From positions 62,001 through 126,000 of the forward strand of contig NIVC01001935.1 in the NCBI GenBank assembly GCA_002269645.1: a stretch of 64,000 bases of DNA, in the 5' to 3' direction. The notes beneath the pieces are model-generated. The model was not told the DNA's origin and did no database searches. It worked only from the letters and a program-made list of their open reading frames with translations. This document shows positions 37,734 through 47,510 of the stretch, one piece after another (the first letter of the stretch is position 1; the number at the start of each line of letters is the position of its first letter). The position numbers and the translations under genes were made by a program. This DNA comes from Macrostomum lignano (Eukaryota).

Positions 37734-38014
37734 GACTGCGGTGCTGGCACATCTGGGATCCGAGCCTAAGAGTAATTTGACCTTCCTTGTAACTGAAAAG
37801 TCCAGATCGAGTTTGCACTGACTGAAATATATTGGCGAATTTCCATATTTTTAACCCAATCTTTTTAACTATCCTGATCCTCCGCATGCGGTCCAGATTG
37901 AGCCAACTGACGCCAGCCCTTGCCCTGCACGCTGATTGTTTGTTGTTTATGGTAAAAACTTGAATAACTTCACTCACTTGTTAACTGGGCCAATTGCATT
38001 GAAATTCTGTGGAG

Positions 38015-38520
38015 TACCAGCTACAGAGGGGCACCAGCTACAGACAGAGGGCGCCAGCTACAGACAGGGGCACCAGCTACAGACAGGGGTGCCAACTACA
38101 AACAGGAGTGCCAGCTACGAACAGGGGCGCCAGCTACAGACAGGGGCGCCAGCTACAGAGAGGGCGCCAGCTACAAACAGAAGCGCGAGCTACAGACAGA
38201 GGGCGCCAGCTACAGAGAGGGCGCCAGTCAAAGAGGCAACGCCAGCTACAGACAGGGCGCAATCTACAGACAGGGTGCCAGCTACAGACAGGGGCGCCAG
38301 CTACAGACAGAGGGCGCCAGCTACAGACAGAGGGCGCCAGCTACAGACAGGGGTGCCAGCTACAGACAGGGGCGCCAGCTACAGACAGAGGGCGCCAGCT
38401 ACAGACAGAGGGCGCCAGCTACAGACAGGGGTGCCAGCTACAGACAGAGGGCGCCAGCTACGGAGAGGGCGCCAGTCAAAGAGGCGGCGCCAGTCAAAGA
38501 GGCAGCGCCAGCTACAGAGG
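38015..38520. repeat. ~20-21-bp minisatellite (GGCGCCAGCTACAGACAGAG), intergenic
   Basis: Tandem unit read directly. Confidence 0.9.
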
Positions 38521-38876
38521 GATTATGTTTAAAGTTATTCGAAATATCATAAATCGAAATTGCAGCTCAGTCAAAATAAAATTCCTATGGAAAAATTAAT
38601 TTAAATTGAGCAATTAAAATTAATCTTTTTAGCAAACTCGAGAGAAAAAATTAGTAGACGAGATTTTTAACTAATTTTTTGCCTGATTTTTCTACATTTT
38701 AATTTTTTACTCCAAATTGAGAACATTGATCTCTTTTAATCTCTGAACTTCCAGTCGCAATGTATCGGTCTGCGCTCGTAGAGTGTATTTAAAAATTGAT
38801 TTTCAAATTCCCGCCACACTTTCTGTCGGCAGTGCAACTCCAGATTAACGTTGTCACCAGACTGTCAAGAGCAAAA

Positions 38877-39880
38877 ATGAATTTTCTTACTGCGGTGGCG
38901 ATGGCTGGTGTGCTGGCTGGCGTCGCGAGCTCCTATGGAAACGAGGCGAGTCAGCTGTCCATCGGGGAGCTCCACAAGCCTTGAGCACGAGCTGTCAAAT
39001 CTCTGGAACTTTTCAGTCGAAGCAGTGCTGTGATGCTGCCTCGGAGCTTCTCCTGGTAGCTCTGGTCAGTTGTCACCTCCAGAGAGGTGCCCTGGAGCTT
39101 CTCCTGGTAGCTCTGGTCAGTTGTCACCTCCAGAGAGGTGCCCTGGAGCTTCTCCTGGTAGCTCTGATCAGTTGTCACCTCCAGAGAGGTGCCCTGGAGC
39201 TTCTCCTGGTAGCTCTGGTCAGTTGTCACCTCCAGAGAGGTGCCCTGGAGCTTCTCCTGGTAGCTCTGATCAGTTGTCACCTCCAGAGAGGTGCCCTGGA
39301 GCTTCTCCTGGTAGCTCTGGTCAGTTGTCACCTTCAGAGAGGTGCCCTGGAGCTTCTCCTGGTAGCTCTGGTCAGTTGTCACCTTCAGAGAGGTGCCCTG
39401 GAGCTTCTCCTGGTAGCTCTGATCAGTTGTCACCTCCAGAGAGGTGCCGGGGCATGTTCCACAACCCGAACATGTTGTGGGCCCAGATCACGGATGATGA
39501 TGTTCGGATCGGTGAGTGTAACCATTGCATGCATGCTTGTTTGCTCAGAGTGTCAGTGCTCAGGGACCAGCGTGACTTCGCGGTTTCTGACTGCGGATTG
39601 ACTTGTCGTCTTGACTTGTTTCGTCGCCCAAAGCCCCCCCCCCGGCGACCTGATTGACTAATAAAGTCGTATCAACGCCTAAGAGATGACTGAAACCGTT
39701 TAATCAGTTCGCAGGAGTGCATTCGCACCAGAAGAGCCTCATGAGCTGAACTGCATGCTGGTGGACCCGGAAGACATCGTCAAGTCCTGCTGCTGCCGGC
39801 CCTGCACTCGCGGCTATATGTTCGGCTTCTGCGCCAGCCCAATACCGCTGCGATCCAGGCCCAGACCGGGGCTTTACTGA
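38877..39880 (+). CDS. ilp: Insulin/relaxin-superfamily prepropeptide (ILP-A), ~127 aa; middle exons uncertain
   Basis: Signal-peptide exon 38877-38945 (MNFLTAVAMAGVLAGVASSYGNE, GC donor); candidate exons 39017-39086 and 39440-39511; last exon 39708-39880 with dibasic RR and A-chain DIVKSCCCRPCTRGYMFGFC (CC-x3-C-x8-C) at 39773-39832. The model totals 384 nt in frame. Confidence 0.75.
39043..39448. repeat. 51-bp tandem repeat, 8 copies, inside ILP-A at the B-chain
   Basis: Unit GGAGCTTCTCCTGGTAGCTCTGGTCAGTTGTCACCTCCAGAGAGGTGCCCT. Confidence 0.95.
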
Positions 39881-40546
39881 TCAATGCTAGGGAATCACTT
39901 GGCTGCTCCGAGATTATTGTTGATTGAAGTGGCTAAAATCTGCGCCTTTTCCATCTGCTACTTTTCTGGTTGAAATGTACTTTTAAAAGCAGTTTTGTTA
40001 AATAAGCAATGGTTAAATAAACAGACAATGAGAGATCACCTACTGAAAAGTAGTAAAAGAAGAATTGGAAGCGATGGATGAATGGCGTTGACGTTAAATG
40101 AACGCGGCTTTATCTATTGTGGTATATGCGCATATAAAGTACCTGGTATATTTCATTTCACACACATTGGCCATAGACACTGCCCCTGTTAACCCTGCGT
40201 TCTAAAGCTAATATAAGGAGAGCAAATATAAAGGAAATGAATGTTAACATCGGCATGGCAAGAGCCCGCTACCAAGCTTGAGATTACTAACCATAATTCA
40301 CCTGGACTTCGAGTTGGTAACGGAAGTCGGATGTAACATCTATCTATAACATACTTTTAGAATTTTGAAAATATCTGCCGGCATTCAGAAGTTACGAGCT
40401 TATGTCCAATCCAGAACCGCGCCCTTGGGTATAACTTACAGAAACTAAAAAAAACAGGTACGGAGTACGACCTATGGGATGACTCAACACGATTGATAAG
40501 TCATTTTCTGGAAGTTATACCCAAGGGCACGCTAGTAGATTGGAAA

Positions 40547-42045
40547 TCACTCATAACGGAATAAAAACACAAAGTGCTGCTGCTCAAGCTGCAGGGACCG
40601 CGCAGGCGAGGCCGAGGGCGAACGGCGAGATATCCTGATAGGCTTTTGACTTTTTGAAGGCTTTGGCCCAGAGACGCGTTCTCTGACTTCTCCCCCCTTT
40701 CTGGCCACTGCGTGGCTGGCGGGTGAAGTATTTTGTAGTAGTGAGTTGTTGTAAACTCTATAATAACACAAATGTACGACGCTGTAAAAGACTGTATTGC
40801 GGTTCTGACTTCGAACTCAACGCTGGCGCAGTGCTGAAGCAGGTAACTCCGCCTGCACCAAGTGCAGCAGCATCTGGTGAACAGGTCGTTACTCCTATTT
40901 GCGATATTAATTCTGCATTGCAAGTCCCTGCGTGTCGGCGGCCGGCGGCGCTGCCCTGAAGTCCTCTCCACTGAAAGTGTGCGGTTTCAATAAACCTTAA
41001 ATTCTCTTTCAGGCTTTACCGATAAAAAATGGTAAAAATTGTTTGACTGCCTACTCGGACCGCCTATGAAAGCTGCAGACCTCTTTAAGAGGCTCGCGTG
41101 GCTAGGGCCGTCGTAGAGACCACCCCGATGAGAGCACAAATCCACGACCGTATTGATTAGCGACCGGCCGCAAAGATTGATGAGATCATCCTGCAACAGG
41201 GGGGACTACGGCTTGAGATTGATGAGATCATCCTGCAACAGGGGGGACTACGGCTTGAGATTGATGAGATCATCCTGCAACAGGGGGGACTACGGCTTGA
41301 GATTGATGAGATCATCCTGCAACAGGGGGGACTACGGCTTGAGATTGATGAGATCATCCTGCAACAGGGGGGACTACGGCTTGAGATTGATGAGATCATC
41401 CTGCAACAGGGGGGACTACGGCTTGAGATTGATGAGATCATCCTGCAACAGGGGGGATTACGGCTTGAGATTGATGAGATCATCCTGCAACAGGAGGGGG
41501 ATTACGGCTTGAGATTGATGAGATCATCCTGCAACAGGGGGGATTACGGCTTGAGATTGATGAGATCATCCTGCAACAGGGGGGACTACGGCTTGAGATT
41601 GATGAGATCATCCTGCAACAGGGGGGATTACGGCTTGAGATTGATGAGATCATCCTGCAACAGGAGGGGGATTACGGCTTGAGATTGATGAGATCATCCT
41701 GCAACAGGAGGGGGATTACGGCTTGAGATTGATGAGATCATCCTGCAACAGGAGGGGTTACGGCTTGAGATTGATGAGACCATAATGCAACAGGGGGGCT
41801 CACTTCCATGGCGTGTCAGTGCCCACAGCTCCTCTGCAAACTGACTCACTATGAGTCCGAGTTCCAGATTGGCTAAGGCTAAGGTGGATTTAAGGCAGAT
41901 TCACCTACCTTAAATCCACCTACCCTAGTAGGCTAAGGTAGATCCACCTTTACAGATTGGCCAAGGTGGATCTCACCTCAAACCCAGCGGAATCCACGGC
42001 CGCAACAGCCAGGCTGGCCAAGAAAAGCTCAGTCAGGAACTTCAT
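40547..42045 (-). CDS. ilp: Insulin/IGF-like prepropeptide (ILP-B), ~188 aa, with basic C-terminal extension
   Basis: Exons 42045-41977 (signal MKFLTELFLASLAVAAVDSAGFE), 41190-41055 or -41020 (B chain NLCGRSLINTVVDLC, C-x11-C, then KR), 40970-40778 (RRR/RR then DLFTRCCCTWCRRSYLLQHC), 40715-40547 (Arg/Lys/Ser-rich tail). The model with the 41055 donor totals 567 nt in frame. Confidence 0.85.
41173..41800. repeat. 42-bp tandem repeat, ~15 copies, duplicating the ILP-B intron 1 / exon 2 junction
   Basis: Minus-strand unit AAGCCGTAGTCCCCCCTGTTGCAG/GATGATCTCATCAATCTC; the last copy runs into the true B-chain exon. Confidence 0.95.
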
Positions 42046-42387
42046 TTCACTTTGGACACCGATGCAGCAGATGTGGAAGTTGGTCTGCGCCACCTTTTCG
42101 GTTCGTTTAGGAAGCGGTTCCAGTGAGGGTCACGTGATCCAGAGCTTCCGCATTCCCGAGCAGAAACGGCAATTTCTTTTCAGAGATTTGATTCTCAGTC
42201 TCAAGCTTAATCTGCAGGCATTTAGAAAAAAGAAAGAAAATCGACAATATCGCAGCGATAGTTTTAAAACGATTAAATCTCTTTATCGACGAGTTTCTAG
42301 CAATTGGTTTGGTACTTAATTAAAATTGGTTCATTTTTTATTTCAAAAAATTACATAATTCCTTTGTTTTAACGCAGCAAAACAACA

Positions 42388-42418
<31 letters not shown>

Positions 42419-42695
42419 TGACTGACTGACTGACTGACTGACTGACTGACTGACTGACTGACTGACTGACTGACTGACTGACTGACTGACTGACTGACTG
42501 ACTGACTGACTGACTGACTGACTGACTGACTGACTGACTGACTGACTGACTGACTGACTGACTGACTGACTGACTGACTGACTGACTGACTGACTGACTG
42601 ACTGACTGACTGACTGACTGACTGACTGACTGACTGACTGACTGACTGACTGACTGACTGACTGACTGACTGACTGACTGACTGACTGACTGACT

Positions 42696-42774
<79 letters not shown>

Positions 42775-44607
42775 TGACTGACTGACTGACTGACTGACTG
42801 ACTGACTGACTGACTGACTGACTGACTGACTGACTGACTGACTGACTGACTGACTGACTGACTGACTGACTGACTGACTGACTGACTGACTGACTGACTG
42901 ACTGACTGACTGACTGACTGACTGACTGACTGACTGACTGACTGACTGACTGACTGACTGACTGACTGACTGACTGACTGACTGACTGACTGACTGACTG
43001 ACTGACTGACTGACTGACTGACTGACTGACTGACTGACTGACTGACTGACTGACTGACTGACTGACTGACTGACTGACTGACTGACTGACTGACTGACTG
43101 ACTGACTGACTGACTGACTGACTGACTGACTGACTGACTGACTGACTGACTGACTGACTGACTGACTGACTGACTGACTGACTGACTGACTGACTGACTG
43201 ACTGACTGACTGACTGACTGACTGACTGACTGACTGACTGACTGACTGACTGACTGACTGACTGACTGACTGACTGACTGACTGACTGACTGACTGACTG
43301 ACTGACTGACTGACTGACTGACTGACTGACTGACTGACTGACTGACTGACTGACTGACTGACTGACTGACTGACTGACTGACTGACTGACTGACTGACTG
43401 ACTGACTGACTGACTGACTGACTGACTGACTGACTGACTGACTGACTGACTGACTGACTGACTGACTGACTGACTGACTGACTGACTGACTGACTGACTG
43501 ACTGACTGACTGACTGACTGACTGACTGACTGACTGACTGACTGACTGACTGACTGACTGACTGACTGACTGACTGACTGACTGACTGACTGACTGACTG
43601 ACTGACTGACTGACTGACTGACTGACTGACTGACTGACTGACTGACTGACTGACTGACTGACTGACTGACTGACTGACTGACTGACTGACTGACTGACTG
43701 ACTGACTGACTGACTGACTGACTGACTGACTGACTGACTGACTGACTGACTGACTGACTGACTGACTGACTGACTGACTGACTGACTGACTGACTGACTG
43801 ACTGACTGACTGACTGACTGACTGACTGACTGACTGACTGACTGACTGACTGACTGACTGACTGACTGACTGACTGACTGACTGACTGACTGACTGACTG
43901 ACTGACTGACTGACTGACTGACTGACTGACTGACTGACTGACTGACTGACTGACTGACTGACTGACTGACTGACTGACTGACTGACTGACTGACTGACTG
44001 ACTGACTGACTGACTGACTGACTGACTGACTGACTGACTGACTGACTGACTGACTGACTGACTGACTGACTGACTGACTGACTGACTGACTGACTGACTG
44101 ACTGACTGACTGACTGACTGACTGACTGACTGACTGACTGACTGACTGACTGACTGACTGACTGACTGACTGACTGACTGACTGACTGACTGACTGACTG
44201 ACTGACTGACTGACTGACTGACTGACTGACTGACTGACTGACTGACTGACTGACTGACTGACTGACTGACTGACTGACTGACTGACTGACTGACTGACTG
44301 ACTGACTGACTGACTGACTGACTGACTGACTGACTGACTGACTGACTGACTGACTGACTGACTGACTGACTGACTGACTGACTGACTGACTGACTGACTG
44401 ACTGACTGACTGACTGACTGACTGACTGACTGACTGACTGACTGACTGACTGACTGACTGACTGACTGACTGACTGACTGACTGACTGACTGACTGACTG
44501 ACTGACTGACTGACTGACTGACTGACTGACTGACTGACTGACTGACTGACTGACTGACTGACTGACTGACTGACTGACTGACTGACTGACTGACTGACTG
44601 ACTGACT

Positions 44608-44658
<51 letters not shown>

Positions 44659-45349
44659 TGACTGACTGACTGACTGACTGACTGACTGACTGACTGACTG
44701 ACTGACTGACTGACTGACTGACTGACTGACTGACTGACTGACTGACTGACTGACTGACTGACTGACTGACTGACTGACTGACTGACTGACTGACTGACTG
44801 ACTGACTGACTGACTGACTGACTGACTGACTGACTGACTGACTGACTGACTGACTGACTGACTGACTGACTGACTGACTGACTGACTGACTGACTGACTG
44901 ACTGACTGACTGACTGACTGACTGACTGACTGACTGACTGACTGACTGACTGACTGACTGACTGACTGACTGACTGACTGACTGACTGACTGACTGACTG
45001 ACTGACTGACTGACTGACTGACTGACTGACTGACTGACTGACTGACTGACTGACTGACTGACTGACTGACTGACTGACTGACTGACTGACTGACTGACTG
45101 ACTGACTGACTGACTGACTGACTGACTGACTGACTGACTGACTGACTGACTGACTGACTGACTGACTGACTGACTGACTGACTGACTGACTGACTGACTG
45201 ACTGACTGACTGACTGACTGACTGACTGACTGACTGACTGACTGACTGACTGACTGACTGACTGACTGACTGACTGACTGACTGACTGACTGACTGACTG
45301 ACTGACTGACTGACTGACTGACTGACTGACTGACTGACTGACTGACTGA
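42388..45349. repeat. (ACTG)n tetranucleotide tract, ~740 units, near-perfect
   Basis: Read directly; only four variants seen (ACTT at ~42392, 42720, 42748, 44632). Confidence 0.98.
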
Positions 45350-45920
45350 CACCAGATCGATCCCTACTGACAACAGTAGTAAATTAAAGTACGCGTGTGC
45401 CACCCAGAGCAGGTGCTACGGCAGGCCCTGACAGGTAGGAACTGGTGTGAAGGAAACAACACTTACAAACGAAGCAAACTCCTCTGGCTTTGGTTTAGGA
45501 TGAGGTTTAGAATAGGGTTTAGGATAGGGTTTAGGATAGGGTTTAGGATAGTGTTTTGTCAGGTTCGGTAGTCACTTAGTTTGATTATTTATTCAGACGC
45601 AGATTTTACTTTAGGCCAAATTTGTTAAAATCAATTTAACAAAACAGAAGCGATGGTTACTTTAGCAGTAGTATTTCACGCATAAAACTGTTTTTTAGGT
45701 TTTTTATGCGTAAATAGAAACACTGCAGTAAGCCTACATTTGAAGGGAAATGTAGGAAAGTTTTTGCAGAGAATTCCCACTCCGGGCTCTGGGCTCAGGC
45801 CTCCTTGACAGACTCCTGGACTGCTCCCGACCCTTCCTAATGTCTTTGCAATTGAAACTCTTGGATTCGTCCATCATTGGGGAAATTTTATTAATTGTTT
45901 CTGAGAGAGCTCACAGCCAC

Positions 45921-46057
45921 AGCCAATCAGCAGCGGCCTGCTCAGACATAAAACCCGGAGGACGAGCCGCCATCCAGGACGCAGCCCCATCATCCGAGGA
46001 ATTCCTTCAACTCAAAACTATTTCAAACTGTCCGAGCCGACCGAGGCACCGAAGGAG
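45921..46057 (+). promoter_or_regulatory. Putative GAD promoter and non-coding first exon
   Basis: Consensus NF-Y box AGCCAATCAG (45921-45930), TATA-like CATAAAA (45947-45953), strong donor GAG/GTGAGC after 46057, no in-frame ATG. A further candidate exon near 47319-47411 precedes the 47510 acceptor. Confidence 0.4.
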
Positions 46058-46429
46058 GTGAGCATGGGGAGTTTTCTCCAGATCCCATCCAGATCCCTTG
46101 AGAGTGCAAGGTAGATATTTTAAGATAAGCTGCTAAAACAGGCCTGGTTTTAGGGTAAAGTTTCTAAAAATTCTCGCTCCAACCGAGTTCAATTATGCAT
46201 GAAGGTGGCGGCCAGCGCCGGAGCCTCATGGTTTAGTGGTCCATGTCAGTGCAGTGCGAATTCAGGGACTCCTGGCCGGGCCGCAATTTCCGCCCGCAAG
46301 TCAAGAAAACTCGAAGAGCCACTTTTTACGGGTGTCATTTTTCTGATTGTGTGCTGCTCATTGGGCAGCTCCCTCAGCTCCTGGGCTCGGGGAACTTGGC
46401 ATGGGATTTGCAAGTTCATGCGATCTCTC

Positions 46430-47225
46430 CAATCTGTTTATCTCCCTCATTCCAAACTGCTTATCTACCTCACTCCAACCTGTTTATCTACCTCACTCCA
46501 AGCTGCTTATCTACCTCAATCCAAGCTGCTTATCTCCCTCACTCCAACCTGTTTATCTACCTCACTCCAAGCTGCTTATCTACCTCAATCCAAGCTGCTT
46601 ATCTCCCTCACTCCAACCTGTTTATCTACCTCACTCCAAGCTGCTTATCTACCTCACTCCAAGCTGCTTATCTACCTCACTCCAAGCTGCTTATCTACCT
46701 CACTCCAAGCTGCGTATCTACCTCACTCCAAGCTGCTTATCTACCTCACTCCAAGCTGCTTATCTACCTCACTCCAAGCTGCTTATCTACCTCACTCCAA
46801 GCTGCTTATCTACCTCATTCCAAGCTGCTTATCTACCTCACTCCAAGCTGCTTATCTACCTCACTCCAAGCTGCTTATCTACCTCACTCCAAGCTGCTTA
46901 TCTACCTTACTCCAAGCTGCTTATCTACCTCACTCCAAGCTGCTTATCTACCTCACTCCAAGCTGCTTATCTACCTCACTCCAAGCTGCTTATCTACCTC
47001 ACTCCAAGCTGCTTATCTACCTCATTTCAAGCTGCTTATCTACCTCATTCCAAGCTGCGTATCTACCTCATTTCAAGCTGCTTATCTACCTCATTCCAAG
47101 CTGCGTATCTACCTCATTTCAAGCTGCTTATCTACCTCATTCCAAGCTGCGTATCTACCTCATTCCAAGCTGCTTATCTACCTCATTCCAAGCTGCTTAT
47201 CTACCTCATTCCAAGCTGCTTATTC
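46430..47225. repeat. 23-bp minisatellite (CTTATCTACCTCACTCCAAGCTG), ~34 copies
   Basis: Tandem unit read directly. Confidence 0.95.
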
Positions 47226-47510
47226 ATCTTACCAATAACCGTTCTCACCCACCGACTCAATCCATTAGAAAATGTTGCCCTTCAACTCAAGCACAATAAA
47301 AGCATAAAACTCCGCCAGCTCAGCGGCCACGCCCTCATCACAGACACTTTGCACGCCTCCCGGTTTTACAACCGGCTGGCCAGACGCGGCTCCGACATGC
47401 TGCACTGTGCAGTACAGTGACTAGAAAGGCAATTCATTGTGCAGTCAGGCAATTATTGGAGAATTCTGAGCTACAGACGACAAAGCCAAAGCCTCCTGCA
47501 CCCCCCTCAG

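Noticed and set aside
39440-39745. Alternative ILP-A reading (..TCCGPRSRMMMFGSECIRTRRAS-stop) needing a +1 shift at TCA-TGA
   Set aside because: That frame has lower GC3 and C-x12-C spacing, and a canonical in-frame splice model exists without invoking recoding.
41882-41921. 14-bp perfect inverted repeat in ILP-B intron 1
   Set aside because: Too short for a pre-miRNA and part of local AAGGTGGAT duplications; no independent support for function.
42719-45403. 894-aa SVSQ-repeat ORF
   Set aside because: Translation of the (ACTG)n tract, which has no stop in that frame; no coding signature.
45490-45552. Interstitial telomere (also 17680-17835)
   Set aside because: Units are GGGTTTAGGATA and GATTTAGGGCTT, not tandem TTAGGG; short and degenerate.
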